DNA of 64,000 bases from Octopus sinensis (Eukaryota), in the NCBI RefSeq assembly GCF_006345805.1, contig NC_043012.1:12400001-12464000 (forward strand), in the 5' to 3' direction. The notes below the pieces were generated by a model. That model had not been told where the DNA came from. It did no database searches and was given only the letters and a program-made list of their open reading frames with translations. Positions 12,035 to 28,389 of the stretch are shown here, one piece after another (position 1 is the first letter of the stretch; each line of letters opens with the position of its first letter). A program made the position numbers and the translations under genes.

Positions 12035-12284
12035 ATATATATAATATATATATATATATGCATAGTATGCACGTCATAGAAAAGCGTTGTAGACTTCACC
12101 CCAAAATACAGAACCAATTTCAGCGATCTCATACAGAGGCACAAGCCTTTACTTATCATTGTTCTTAGCTAGCTCAATGTGCTAGACATGACTCAGATTT
12201 ATGAAGTCTTTGAGGATGCATATTTATGTGAGGCATTTTTGCATATATATATATATATATCATATATTATATATACAGGTACCT

Positions 12285-12337
<53 letters not shown>

Positions 12338-13191
12338 CGTGTATGTGTGTGTGTTCTTAAACATAAGTATGTTCCGCTGTACGAATATATCTGTATGTAT
12401 ATATGTGTGTGTGTATAAGTATGTATGAATATATCACCGGATTATCGGATATTATGATACCCTGCTTTTCTCAATGCGTTACTAGCAACGCATATCATAG
12501 CAAAATCGTCACACTCCATTGAACAGGGCATCCCGAAGTTATTAAGCAGCAATAGACCTTTAAATATAAATGTTTTCAAATGTCAATATTTTTGCAGTAG
12601 ATATATTACTTCCTTCTGAGCGGAATCAATTCCAAAGTTATGTTCATCTTAATAAACACTTATTCATTAAGCCTGTAAAATATTTGAAATTATTGAATTA
12701 TTTGAATACAGAATATTCTCAAAAACTTACAAAGATGTCAATAGCTTTCGAAATTAGAGATGATATTTAAATTCTAATGCATATAATTAGAGTTAATGTA
12801 TTAATGCTTGTATATAAACACGCGTAGAGAAGCGATATATATATATATATATAATATATATATCTATATATATATATATATACACGGAAGCAATCACAAT
12901 TGAACATACACAAGCGTATATGTATGGTGTGCGTGTCTGTAAATGGAGGCTCTATTCATATATAAATGTAGGGATATGCATATATATATATATCATGTAT
13001 GTGTTGACTTGTATATCTATCTATATAATATATATATAATATATATATATATTATATATATATAAATATATATATAATATATATAAACATATATATATTT
13101 ATCTGCATTATTTAATATACATAATATATATGTATATATTATATGAATATATATACATACATATAGACATATGCATATATATATGTGTATG

Positions 13192-13253
<62 letters not shown>

Positions 13254-13255
<2 letters not shown>

Positions 13256-13302
13256 CCGCAGTCAAATGACTGAAACAAGTAAAAGAGTAAAAGAGTAAAA
13301 GT
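13254..13302 (+). mobile_element. SINE family B 3' terminal remnant
   Basis: ccgcagtcaaatgactgaaacaagtaaaagagtaaaagag matches the tail at 44652-44696. Confidence 0.8.
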
Positions 13303-13304
13303 CA

Positions 13305-13336
<32 letters not shown>

Positions 13337-14129
13337 CACACATATATATATATATACATGTATGTATGCATGTATGTAGAATTTTGAAAGGGATACGCTT
13401 GTGCGAGTTCGTACATGCCCATCTGTTTATGCATTTTGTTTTTTTTATACGAATATCATTGTGATATTTTCGTTTGTGTGTAAGACCTCTAAACTTTTTT
13501 TTTATTTAAGGAACATTGTTTTAAAATCTGTTCCCAACATCAGGCTAGCAACAATTATTGTATCCTTTTTACTTAGCAAACTTTAAATCCTCCCACTCTA
13601 TTAGTGTGTCGGCAAATTATGATTTTGATATTACTTCGATTTATTGTCTTTTGACCATCGCATTTGTGCTTTGGATTTCCAGCGGATGGCAGCGCTGCAA
13701 GTAGAAAAGCTATTACTATCACAAAGAAAATCAAGTGGTGATGTTGATTTTAATACTAATAATAACAATAATGATGACGATGTTAAGGATTTTGAATAAG
13801 ATGATGGTGAAAAATGATAGTAATGTTTTTCTATTGCTACCATCAGCCATTCAATCGTATAAAAAATATCAGATGCTGTAGTAAAACAAAATATGTAGAT
13901 ATAATACAATGAAAATTGTATAAATCCGGAGCTCGAAGTTGTTTTCGAATTCATTAAATGATCAAACAATATTTAATTATGTACAATGATGACAAATATA
14001 TTAGATCATTATTAAAAATATATGTGACAAAGATATACTTCAACAACAAAAATATAAAGCAACTAAAATAGGAAGATGAGAAGGCCAGAGCACCGTGTTC
14101 AGATGGGAAGTTACTGTTTATTTTGGGTG

Positions 14130-15100
14130 AGGAAACTGTCAGTTGGATGTCATTTAAGCTCTGGCACATTTCCGTCATTTCATTTTACATATCATTGTCA
14201 TTAATACACACCAGGACACAAGATCTCTTTCAGTGCAACGTTGCTTATTTGCAAGGGTATATAGCTCATGTCATTTCGCAGTGTGCAATTCACAGAACAT
14301 CTTTTGCTGTGAATATCTGCTTCCTAATTATCTTCTCTTGTTTTGCCCCGCTTCCACTAGAATATTCTACCACTGTTCCTCCTTCTCTTGTATCACACCG
14401 TTGCACCAAAACGTGCAGGTACTCCTGTAAAGTATAGAGTCTTGGCTATTCGGTCTGGGTCTTCCTGGTCGTTGACTTCTTGGCCATATTCCTGAATATT
14501 TTTCATTTGTGTCGATTCCTGAGACCGAAGAAGAGCTGAACTTTTGCGCTGTTTCCAGCACTATGACTAGTGGTTCCGTAAGAATAGCAGCATCTGAGTT
14601 ATGTTACACCATTTGCAATTTTTACTGTTGCCCTGGTTTTTATTTCTTCCCCCACATTGAGAATCAACTACACAATCACTCTATGCTCTTCAAAGACCAG
14701 AAAGAATCGTAATCCCATTGAGATCCCGACCGACCACACATCGCTTTTGGTCACCTTTGCGTGAGCCAATTTTTATCATTATGCAGCAGTAGTGACTTCG
14801 GACCAAGGGACAATACCTTCACAAACAATCGATCAATCGTCCGTCTTATGGCTTATGCTGTGCCGCCCAACTTACTTAGCATGAACTTCTGTGCTTGCAC
14901 GAAACGCACCAGGTCTTTCTTTATACCATTATCTGTTTTGCCTCATCCTCCATTTCCAAAGTCCCCCGTATTATTTCGTAGTGTCTAACACTGCCAATAG
15001 ATGAGATAATATTTTGCACATCGATGAGTGTCGTCCTCATCTATAGTTTTCCGCAGGTCATAGTATATCCTATAGTTTTCAAGATGTAGAGATACTTTAT
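14130..15100 (-). mobile_element. Degenerate LINE relic, probably RTE clade (post-RT region)
   Basis: GC-richer block. Frameshifted minus-strand translation gives RLYTLQEYLHVLVQRCDT, EKIIRKQIF and HELYTL, resembling RTE motifs RLYxTLxxPVLxYGCET, ERKILRxIF and NHELYxLY. Many stops. Confidence 0.45.
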
Positions 15101-16073
15101 TGTAGATATTTCCTTGCTCCCTGTTAATAGGCGGGAGAAAGATTATGGCTTCTTTTGTTGCACAGTTTTATAAAGCAGAGTTTTTCTCCCCTAAGAATTT
15201 CTATCTGCCATTACTTTTAATCAATGTTGTTCTATAGAAAGTTAAAAAACACTTACCTTATATTTAAATTCAAGTGGTACAGTTATCTCTTCAGTTGGTG
15301 AAGTAAGCAGGATTATGCTATTGCTGCTAATATTATACCATCAGACATGAAGTTTAAACTTTTAACATTGCTGTTGCTGTCTAATATAAAATCCTTTGTG
15401 GTATTGTGAAATAAGTTTATTTTTCTTAGATGCGTAATTTGTTATCATTTATGTTTGCTTTCAATAAAAATGCATTTGCAATCGTTCAGATTTCTAGACG
15501 GGTACGAAAAAGTATCTTTGAAAGATTTTCCGTCTACGATTACCAAAGGATTTTTAAAATTTTGAAAATAAGTTATTCCAACCAACAGATATAACCAATG
15601 CAAACTAAATATAGCAATAGTAATGTAGAAGTGTACACCCCACCATACTACATTATACAAGTCACAGAATATGTGTGAGCAAAAAATAAATACACCTGAT
15701 TATCAAACTGAAAATAACAACAACAACAACAATAATAATAATAACAAAAACAACAAAAATAATAATAATGATAATAAAGATAATCACCATCAAATTCTTT
15801 TCGTAGATCGATTCCCAATAGCTATATTTACGAAAACAGGCAGATATGTATATGTGTTTACATGTAAACATGCATGAATATATAAATCGGTGTATGAAAG
15901 TGTATGCGAGCGTCAGTGAGAGTTCACGTTTGAAATATGAGAGATGAAAATTGTGCAGGTATGTATAAGCCGTCCTAGGTTTACTAATTTAATTATATCC
16001 ACGTGTTTGTGTATTAAACCTGCCAGTGCAAGATATTATTAAGCACAAACATGAAATATTATGCACGCGTGTT

Positions 16074-16105
<32 letters not shown>

Positions 16106-16521
16106 TGTATGTATGTATGTATGTATGTATGTATGTTTCTGTTTCGGTGGGTTTGCTAAGTATGTTATTTACATGCAGTGAGTATATACGTTTCTAGGTT
16201 AAATAAGCGGTGAATTTCTGTATCTAAAAAGTCCTTTCAAATAATTGTTCACTTCAATGGTAATAAGCGTACTGACACACAGTGTAAGCATATATTATCA
16301 AAATAGGCCTATATTATGTGCGTGAAAATGCTTAACATACATTTAGTGATGTGTCTGCATACATGTGTGTGTATGTATATATATATATATATATATATAT
16401 AGATATATATATATATATACATACACACCCATATATTACTTTAATATTGTACGTATGCATTTATAAAAATAAGACCATATACAAGTGCAAATATAAGTGT
16501 ACATATATCTCTGTGTATGTT

Positions 16522-16585
<64 letters not shown>

Positions 16586-16758
16586 AAAATATTTCAGTTA
16601 TTTGTATATTTGAAAATATGTAAATATGTTACTGCACGGTATTCTGAGAAGTGCTACTTTCTTAGAGTAAAGATTCTATTGAAATAGTTTAAATATATGT
16701 ATACCTATATACAAATGCATATACATACACACACACATATATATATGCATGTATGTAA

Positions 16759-16802
<44 letters not shown>

Positions 16803-17065
16803 TCATTGTTATATATGTGTGTACATATTTATATGCACGTGTGTTAATGTGTGTGCACGTGTTGTATGAGTGTATAGCAGAATCTTGCGTATTTGTGATA
16901 CTGTTGGAATTATATTCAATGCATTGTACAAATTTTGCAGCATATACAATGTAATCGAATCGTCTTTCCAGGAATCACAATTTGTTATATTGAAGTGGCA
17001 ACACTCAATGAAATTTATATATTTTTGGGTTACACATCAAAATATACCATATGAAAAGTTATGTT

Positions 17066-17109
<44 letters not shown>

Positions 17110-17163
17110 TAAAAATTTCATGTATACTTATGTATATATGTATACGTATATATAACAATTTTA

Positions 17164-17202
<39 letters not shown>

Positions 17203-17872
17203 GTATATAAATGTAAGCGCTCTTGAAAGCTAAGTTAAGAATTTGTACAGAAAAATATGTAAATAGTTAACTGGATGTTGTGCTGTTCTGAGAAGTGTAG
17301 TTTCTTAGCAAAAATTCAAAGTAGAAATTTAGATAGTATAGTGGAATAGAATTAATAGATAAAACAGTTAAAATCGTTGTCGATATTGCTCGATGTTATT
17401 GGAGCCCTTTTCCACATTTTGTTCTCAGAAAGCAACAGGCTCCTTGAGACACTTTTCTAATTTATTTTACATAAACATGATTTCAACAATATAATTTTTG
17501 TTTGAAAGAGAATCGCACGTGTATGTGCGCTAACGTGTGTGTGTGTGCGTTTGTGAATGTATGGGTGTGCGTGCATGTGTGTTTGCTTGTGTGTCCGTTC
17601 TTGCAGAGTTTCATAGATATATACTCTTGCAAAAATAATCATAAAATCGTCAATTAACATATAATGAAAGTGAGAGAGAGAGATAGAGAGAGGGGGGGAG
17701 AGAAAGACACAGAGTGACGTGTGTAGCTATATATGCATGTTCAATTCCGGGTACGAAGTTCAAGCGATGCCATATCCATCCCTTAAAATAGTACCCTCTC
17801 TGGGTAAGAAATCGCAGTGAAAAAATTTGCCACCTGCATAATGACACGGTATATATATATATATATATGCAT

Positions 17873-17944
<72 letters not shown>

Positions 17945-20441
17945 ATGTATAATTATATTACTATGCCTATTTGTTAATATCTTTGGTTAGCGTTTCTGTA
18001 GCATAGAGCGTGAGGCTACAGTTTTTTTCTGGACAGAATGTAAATGTTTTCCAAGAAATCTAATAAATCTCGTGTATTTTGAATCTATTTAGAGATTGAG
18101 AGATATCTTTCAATAGGCGGTTTTCCATTTTAATAGGCTTCTGAAAAATTAGAGATGTATATATATATATATATATATATGGTATATTTAATATGTAATT
18201 AATATATTTTGATAGTGTCCATAGATTTCTTCCGTATAACACCTCGACCATGTTATGTTCCTAACTTGTGAAGAACTATATTTAAATACAATATTTGACA
18301 TACTCATGTTTAAGGTGAGGCAAGTATAATACGTATGGTTTGGTTGAATGCTTTTGAATGAACGTTTGGTGTAATGGCGTCCATTTTTCTTAGAAGCTCC
18401 GTTAACAGAAAATAAATGTTTGAACGAAGCTACTATTCATTTCATTTCTCACATTTTCCGTTATGTCACTTATTTTGTTTGTATATGACTAATTTTGTAT
18501 TTATCGTTTGATTCATTTTCTTTTTACGAGTACTGTATATATTTATTATGTTTTATTTTTATATTTCCGTTATTGACCTCTTTTAGTTCGTAATTCATAA
18601 ATAGAATGTAGAAGAAATAATAGAAAACAAATAAACAAATAAAAATAATTGTGTACACGAAAACAAATTAAAAAATATAAAAAATGAATAAATGAAAATT
18701 ATAAATTTCTATAAAACTGAACTTGTTTTAATAGTCAAATTGGAATCCTGGTGTATTTTGTCAAAAACTCAAAACCCACTAAGGACATCCACAGCCCAGA
18801 TGCAGTGCAGCTACTATAATACTACAACTGGCTAAATGCTAAATATTAATTGAAAATGAAATATGATAAATGTAAATTGAATACGTGAAACATCACGTGA
18901 CCTTCCCTCCCTTCTCAAGAACAAGTATCCACAACCTTACCTTATCCAAGCACCAATCGTACCAAAATAAAATATAATTGTTGAATCCAATGTGAGAGAA
19001 TTTTAAAAGAAAAAGAAAATATTAAAAAATACAAAAATCAAAAAGAAAAAAAGAAGTATATGTGTAAAACTTTAAAATTTGAAAATGAAACCAAAGCTAA
19101 TTTCGAGAACAATTTAAAAGGAACTGTTTATGTTTGTGTGAGTGTATGTATATGTATGTATATATGTAATCGTGATGTTATGTATGTGGGTGCTTTGTGA
19201 TTGAATGCATCTATGTGTAGCTCTTAGAAATATTTACATATGTACATATAATACTGTATAACTGTATGTCACTTTTACCATAACACATACTTGCAAATGC
19301 AAGCCTGTCTTCAATAACCTTATAAATGTGTGCACATATATGCATACGTGTTTGTTTATTTTACATACCTTGACTTTTCTAGGCGAGTTTAGTACAGACT
19401 ATCTATTACAAAAATAGTATAAAAAATTGATTATGTTTTATATGATGATACAGTGTGGTAGAATGCAGGAAAAACTAACAAATTATCATTGACTTAACTG
19501 AAATAGTGTTGTCCCCGCTTTATTAGACTCCAAGCCGAAGCATGTTTTCTGCAACATCTTACTACCCCACTCATAAAATTCATGCTCGTGCAAGTAATTA
19601 TATTTAGTTGTTATATTTCCTATTGTGGGCTTTCAATTCTTAACCGAACGTCTGTTTCTGCTACTGAGGTACATGCAACATTTTGTTTTGCGTTCGTTTT
19701 CTGTTGTTTGAAATCTCCATGATGTACTATACTTGCAGTGCCAATTAGTGCAATTTTTTTTTTATCAACCCAGCTTCAATAAGGTCTCAAATGAATTAAC
19801 TGCAATAAAATGTATTTTATATGCGTTAAGCTCTGCTGTTTTGGTTATAAATTCATCTGCATTTTTATATATCCTTTCCAGTGAAAAATTTTATTAGTAG
19901 GGATTCATTCTGTTGTAATCAACCTGATGGAAATATTTTAAAACCATTATTGAATGTGAGTGAGAAAAATCATTGTTATTGAATAAATGACTGCAAGGAA
20001 TCATTATTGGACTTTAGAAAGCATTTATTTTATATACGTTGGAAAAAAATGAGACTGACTGAAAAAAATACATTATGATTTTTTACTCTGAATTCTGAGT
20101 AGAAACCATAGATAAAATCATGTTGGTTTTACACTCGTGCAAGCCACAAAACGAGATATATTGAAATTTGATAAAAAATACATTCCAAAAACATGCATCA
20201 TCGATTCGGCTGACTCCATCCTTACCAATTGATTTGCGAAAAATATCTTTAATTATTATTAATAATTTTCATTAACGTTATCATTAACATTTTACCAAAT
20301 CCCAGTGTCAATAAACTCGCAAATGAATTAATAAAATTTCTTTAATGTGATATATGAGATGGTTTGTGCATTCTAATTGCTTCCATTTTCAATTTATCAG
20401 CATAAACATTTTTCACTGTGGCCGACAGAATTACTAATATG

Positions 20442-20504
<63 letters not shown>

Positions 20505-20924
20505 ATATATATATACATTATATGTACATATATATATACATATATATATACATATATATATACATATATATACATATATATACATATATATATACATATA
20601 TATTCATGTATATATACATATATATGTATATAGATATGTATATATATATACACACATATATATGTGTATATATGGGCATCTATCTCTATATATAATATAT
20701 AAGATATATATGACTCTCTCCCCCCCTCTCTCTCTCTATATATATATATATATATGAGTATATATGTTAAGATATATGCTTCTAATTAATGTTGTTGTTC
20801 TGTTAATTATTATTATTACTATTATTATTATTATCATCATCATCATCATCATCATCATCAACATCTTCATTGCACGTTTTATTCTTAATATATTCATTGT
20901 TACTATTATTTTTGTTTAGGGAGA

Positions 20925-21135
20925 GCTGCTAATAACGTTAGCGCGTTGGAATAAATTTTTATCATTATTTCTTCCTGCTCAAACACATTCTGAATTCAGA
21001 TCACATTGGGATCAACTCTGCTCTTTATCTCTTTGGGACCATTAAAGTTCCAGTCCAGTTTTGGGTTCGACTGTATCGACTAACCCACACTCCTATTTGT
21101 TCTCGAAATTGCTGGGCCTGTGCCTAAATCAAACA
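20925..21135 (+). mobile_element. Diverged SINE family A
   Basis: gagagctgctaataacgttagc...ttctgaattcagatc...ttgggttcgact...gctgggcctgtgcc. Confidence 0.6.
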
Positions 21136-21202
21136 TCATTATTACTGTTATCACAAGCAGAATTATTTTTTATCATAAATATAGATTTTATTGTTGTTGT
21201 TG

Positions 21203-21235
<33 letters not shown>

Positions 21236-21392
21236 GTTATTTTGTTGTTGCTTTTTTAGCTGAATGATTGTCTGGTTGAATGATAAAAAAATTGCAATTG
21301 TGAATAGTTTTGAAACTACCGGATCCCTCTTTAAGACAAGAGTAGACCCGACTGTAAATGTTACAAAAAGAAACTACAGTAACAGCAACAAG

Positions 21393-21425
<33 letters not shown>

Positions 21426-21834
21426 AAAACCCCGAATGGTTACCGTTTACATTTACTATGTCTTCCTCAATCTAAAAATTGTTCCAAATAATACAATACG
21501 TTGCTTACAATAGAATATTACGCATTGTTTACATATGGTTTTTACCCTCAAAAATCAAATAAAAAAACCCTGCAAAGTGTGAGTATTCGTATTGTTGGAG
21601 GATTTATTGCGGAGTCACATTTTGAATCGTTCTGTCTCAGGAAATTCTATGAATTTGAATAACGCATTCCGGAGTGATTTTGTGTGAGGATAATTTTAAA
21701 TGCAAAAACACGTGAATTGTCAATTTGACACATATTTTTCATCGACTTGCTCTTTGAAATAATATTAGATATTTTAATTATATTACCGTTAATGATAATA
21801 ATGAAGTCCACCATGTTATTATTCTTAGGCTATT

Positions 21835-22145
<311 letters not shown>

Positions 22146-23032
22146 ACAAGAATTATGATAATGCAAATAAAATTTTTGAATTGCCAATATTAATAAGAAT
22201 GATTGCTTCAGGGATCACAAGAACAGACGCTACTCTAGTGTAAAATAAATGTAGCAATGCTTTACATGGTATTTGATAGAGAACTTTAGATAGATTTAGT
22301 TAGCCGCACTCAAATGTAGTCGTTGGCTTTGTTAAGCGAGGGTCATGTGATCTCGTGAGATATTCTAACATGTATGGCTGTTGAAATATTGTGTTAGTTT
22401 AACGGAAGCTATAGCCTCTTCTTGTGTGCTAGTTTTAGCTGAGATTAGTCATTTGAAATTTACATAAAAGCATTAAATGTTTTTCTTATGTGTAATGTTG
22501 TTCAATGATTTCTGAGAAAACCAATGTATGAAATTTTCAAGGACTGACTTGCGGCAGAATGGCGAACATTATTGCACTTGCTATTTGCTGAGTATGCAAA
22601 ATGTTAACCATCCAATCATTGTTGAAATGTTCAGTTCATCTATATTAAATCCCTTCAATAATCTGAGTAGGAATTTAATAAACACTGTATAAAGATTCTC
22701 TGTTTTAGATAAATTTAGTTAAGTTTTACCGAATTTTCTATCGGCCTCATAAAAGTGCGCTTTGAAATATGCATACAGTATTTATATCTTGGTGTGTTTT
22801 TAATTTCATGTGCGTGCAAGTAGCCTTGCAGAGATACCCACATATACGCGTCTGCGACTATATGCGGAAATTTGAAATATTACTTATATCTATTCATTGA
22901 CATCGGATAGATAGCATATACCTGCCGGAGGACAGTCAGTCACTCAGAGCAGGCTTCGTAACATTTTCGTTCAATCCAGCTTCTGGGTTTTATAAAATGT
23001 ATAAGGTTTTGGGAATATCGATTACAAGGACA

Positions 23033-23042
23033 ATTATTATTA

Positions 23043-23123
<81 letters not shown>

Positions 23124-23236
23124 CATCATCATTATTATTTACATTCGGTTTATTACTTGTAATAGTATTATTGTTAGTAGAAGTGGTAATGGTAGTAGCT
23201 GCAGCATCAGCAGAATTTGTAGTAGTAGAAGTAGTA

Positions 23237-23308
<72 letters not shown>

Positions 23309-23312
23309 TTAG
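23033..23312. repeat. Compound (TTA)n-(TAG)n microsatellite
   Basis: Direct reading. Confidence 0.95.
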
Positions 23313-24417
23313 TTGTGGAATAGCAGTCAATAGAGCGTCGGCTATAATTCTATAATTTAGGTTCCAAAGTCATAATGGGACCCATTTGGTGTTTTCTCCT
23401 TCGCATGCCAACAAGATAGTACATCACAGTGTTATTGTGTAGTCAGCTCTTCCTTTAGAAATTGTTGTCTTTTAGAGTATGTTAGCTAAATAGCGTACAG
23501 TGGAAGGTATGATCTTCATATGGAACATACATTGTGTCAAAACATACGTGTTACAATAACGATACCAAAATCACCATCAAGAATAAGAAGCAAATTCAGC
23601 AGCAGCAACAACAATAACAGCAACAACAACAACAACAACAACAAAATCAATGACAACAACAACACCATCAGCAACATTTTTATAACAACAAAGATCAGCT
23701 GAAAGAACTGTTTTATTGTACGAAGACTTTCTAACTTTTAATATATTATTATGTACCTTATTTTGATATATAAAGAAAGGGAACGAAATAGGGAATTTAT
23801 AATTCCCTGCGTTGAATTGCGTCCTTGGGCAAGCCATTCATCTTTTATTGCCCGAGAAGTATTAGATTTTATAACAAATATCCTTATTGATGAATTTGTT
23901 GATGTTTTTGTTAATAATTTCGTTGAATGATTTGTTTTGAATAAATGTTTGTTGATTATATTATATGATATGAGATAAAAAAAAACAATAACAAAAACGT
24001 TTTTTTTTTAAAAATCCAACATAAAAGACATTGAAAAATATAACAAAATGTTGGTACTAAAATGTAGATCCGTGCAGTTCTGTGATTAGTATATCCGTGG
24101 TTCATATTTCCCTAGTGATATTCAGAAGTTTGAACATTTTTTTCTGCGTTGTTTGAAGGATCACCTATTTTTGAACGATTTTTGTAAAAAAAATTAATTC
24201 TTGCGTTTTTAATATTATTTACATCATCTTTTATGTATCAATACATACATTCATATACAGACATAAGTATATGCATAATACTTAGACATACACACAGAAA
24301 CACACTCATATGTTCATATACATATACATATATGTACATACACATATACATGTGTGTGTATATATGTACATATATGTGTGCATGTATGAATGCATGCATA
24401 TGTATGTATATATATAT

Positions 24418-24471
<54 letters not shown>

Positions 24472-25730
24472 TATATACATATATACATATGTGTGTGTAT
24501 GCATGCGTATGTATATATGTTTTGTAAGCAGTTTCATTGTAGCTAAAAGAAACTAAATACTGCTCACTTTTCTCATGTTACATAATTTTTGATGGACGAC
24601 GAGTTTTTCTTTTGTTTGTTTGATTGTTTTAGCTTCTTTTTTTATTGACATAAACATATCTTTTTACCTTATAAACAACACCTTTTAGAAGAATTTGAAA
24701 ACGTTTGCGTTGGATAATCTTAGTAAATCTGCATTAGAACGCAGTTGTATAGAATTTGATTGTAAATATCCGGCAAAGCAGAAGCCATATTTCGGTGACG
24801 ATTCCCGGTTGTAGAAATCTTTTTTAATTTCACTGATATCAATTTTCCCAACGGTAAAAAAAAGAAAAAAATCATGGAACTTTTCCACCATCTTCCTTTC
24901 TCCTTTCTTCTTTCCTACGTGCCCCATGGTTATGCCTAAGGTCTTTGCGGCTTTGTTAGGCATACGTGTTAGAACGATAGTTAGCTATCTTGTGAAATAT
25001 GTGAGCTTAAAGTTTTTCATGTCATCAGTTGTATATAGTATGTATATTTGATTACTTATTGGATCCATATGTAAACAACTTTTGCTCTCATTTTTTCTTC
25101 ATGTTAGTAAACATGTCTTAACTCATTGCCTCTCTGATTTTTTTCTTTTTCAATCTATGTCTTTATTTTTTTTCCACTTCTTTCGAAATATGAATAAATA
25201 AAAAACAAAATGACAAATTAACAATTATTGCAGTAATGATTTTAAATATACGTCACATTAAATAAAAAAAAAAATCGGAAGAAATATTAGTCCTTAATTA
25301 AATAAATGAATATAAACATTTCAAAGATTTTCTTCTTTTCCTGGTTGCAAGCACTAAATATGGCTCTACATTCATACGTGTTTCCATTGGGAATCGAAAA
25401 AACTCTGGAAGTTCTAGAGTCATCGATGTAACAAATACAAAATTGACTGTGAGCTTTGGATGATGTCGTAGTTGCTACTGTATTGTTGCTAGATATATGC
25501 ATAGTCTACGTACACATACGCAACCACACATGCGTATAATTATACATCTATATTTATATGTGTAAGAAAACATGTGTGCATAAAAAGTATACATATATAC
25601 ATATATGCGTGTGTATACATACGCATATGCACACATGTATATACATAAATATATATCTATGTGTACCTGTGTACATATACAAATATATGTACTTATATAT
25701 ATTTATATATATATACATATATATATTTAG

Positions 25731-25764
<34 letters not shown>

Positions 25765-25965
25765 ATGTATATTTATACATATCGGTATACATGTGTGTAT
25801 ATGCCTTTATATACGGATAAACAGATACAGGTAAACATATATACACACAGTCATACAGCACTAACACACACACACGCACTCACAAACACACACACACACA
25901 CATATAGTAATATATATGTATTATACGCTCCTCCGTGCGAGAAACGAAAATCATGCAGTCGTCAC

Positions 25966-26016
25966 TATATATAAATAATGCTTTGCGCAGTAATTTTGTT
26001 TAATATGAAGGTGAGT
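25966..26016 (+). promoter_or_regulatory. Possible TATA box followed by a micro first exon ATGAAG|GTGAGT
   Basis: TATATATAAA at 25966-25975, ATG at 26005, consensus donor AAG|gtgagt at 26010/26011. Downstream exon not identified. Confidence 0.25.
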
Positions 26017-26592
26017 TGCGCACCTACTCCCTCACTGACTTGTCCGTGACCATCTTAAATACAGTGGCAAGACAACGTGAAGACAAATTTGGATGGAAAC
26101 ATTTGGCACTTGATGAACAATACTTGCCTGACTCGCCTCGTTTTCTCTCTGCGTGGTTTACGTATTTATACATACACATATATATATCCTGATGTATATA
26201 TATACATATAACCATATGACTTATATGTATATACCTGCAAGTGTATGTGTGCGCGTGTGTGTGTACATATGTTTGCATGTGAAATTTCGGTTGTGTTTCA
26301 ATTTAACGTATCGAATTTGGTTGTCAGTTGTGCATTTTCCTTTTTTTAATTATTTGACCTGAAAATTTCTCTTGTTGTGTTGAAACTCTTGAAGTAGGAA
26401 GAGTTCATGTTGTCACACTTAAAATGAATTTAGTATCTGAAGTTACTGCGTCATGTCAATTTTCTAATAAAAGAAAAAAAAAAAGAAAAATTATAAAAGA
26501 TATAATTAATGAGCACTTGAAAACCCAACATAAACGACTTATTCTAAAATAGATTTTATTCTATGATTATGATGATCATGATGATGATGATG

Positions 26593-26631
<39 letters not shown>

Positions 26632-26696
26632 TAATAATAATAATAATAATAATAATATACTAATGATGGTGAAGATTATGATGATGTTGATCATGT

Positions 26697-26734
<38 letters not shown>

Positions 26735-26911
26735 TTGATGATGGAGATGATGATGATAACGATATCAACATATAATTTTCAGCTCATAAATATATTCCTT
26801 TTTCATGTCATAAGTTAGAATTTTATACTTGCAGCAGTAAATGCGGATATTTAAATTATACCTCATGTATATTGTACACAAGAAATCATTAGAGTATTGA
26901 AGTATTACTGA

Positions 26912-26944
<33 letters not shown>

Positions 26945-27846
26945 AAATATTGTTGTCGTTCGTTGTTGCTGTTGTTAATATTGCTCTTCATGTATAGTAA
27001 CTTTGTACGTTGTCCTTCCAAAGTCTTAAAATATTTCGCAATTCTGTGGTTTACGTTTTAAGTTATGTTACTTCTGGTCCTCGGACTTCATGTAATATTT
27101 CTTTCGTTTCTTGATGTTCACTTTTCAACGCCTGCCGATATCAACTTCAATTTTTCATCTTCGCAATGCGAAAGAAATAAATTGGCATCACGTATCATTG
27201 TCAATAGTATCGGATAACCCACACTACAAATCTTACTGGTTTCGCGACTAAGAAGCCAGAAAACATTTGGCATACTTGTTCTGGGTGAAGTTAACTCTTA
27301 TATGACTAAAGTGTTATTATATATATATATAATTGTTATATATCATATATATATGAATGTTTAAAATGATATGCAGTACACAAGTACTGTTTTATACAGC
27401 TTATACAAGCATGAGTGATCCTATTTGATCGATTTGAAATAAATTGTAGTAAATGATGTACGTTAAAATATATAAATTAAAGTTCACATGCTTATGAAAT
27501 CAGACGTTAAGAAATGTAAATTTAATCCGGAAAAAGGAATATATTAAGCACATGACTTTATAAAATTGTATATTGAAGCCGATATGACAGACATAAGCTA
27601 CAACGTTAGATCGATGTCTGCTTGCGACACTATAAGTGTCAATAGCAAATGACGAACGTAGCGTACTTGCTTGTAAATATCGTTTGCGTATGAGACTATG
27701 GTTCAAATATACATTTACATATTCAGTCACACATACAAAATTATATTCTATACATTCATACACATATATACAAGAATATGATCATATGTATGTGTATATA
27801 CGATTACATATGTATGAATATGCATATATGTGTGTGAAGTTATATA

Positions 27847-27910
<64 letters not shown>

Positions 27911-27923
27911 GTATGTGTGTATG

Positions 27924-27954
<31 letters not shown>

Positions 27955-28389
27955 TTGTAAATATACTATGTGGCAATTATTCGGTAGCCATGAATATGCA
28001 TATATGTGTGTGAATGTATATATATATGTATATGTATGTGTGTATGTATACATATATATATGTATATATTTGTAAATATACTATGTGACAATTATTCGGT
28101 AGCCATGATAAAACTCCGAGTTTCGGATGCCAGGGAGGAAGCCCACGCCGCCATCTCTTCAGTTATCTGGCCATCGCAATAATGCTACGAAAATGACCGT
28201 TAGACAAAGGGAAACTACTGTGTGATTGACCGTCATTAAGAGAAAAGAGCTATTAGAATGACTGCTATGTGAAGGGAAGGAGTAAAGGTAAGGGAGTAAA
28301 AATGTTCATAGTATTTGCGTAAGCCCACATGTCCATACCTACACATGCGTGTCCGCACACCCGCGTACGTGCGCCTGGTCAATCACACA

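Noticed and set aside
13631-13969. 112-aa minus ORF with a GPCR-like WLMVAIEKH stretch
   Set aside because: Partly low complexity, no other TM motifs and no convincing splice sites.
24685-25450. Short open segments with plausible splice sites (24689-24794 and about 25351-25448 on +; ORF 24685-24963 on -)
   Set aside because: Phases are incompatible, donors are weak and there is no homology.
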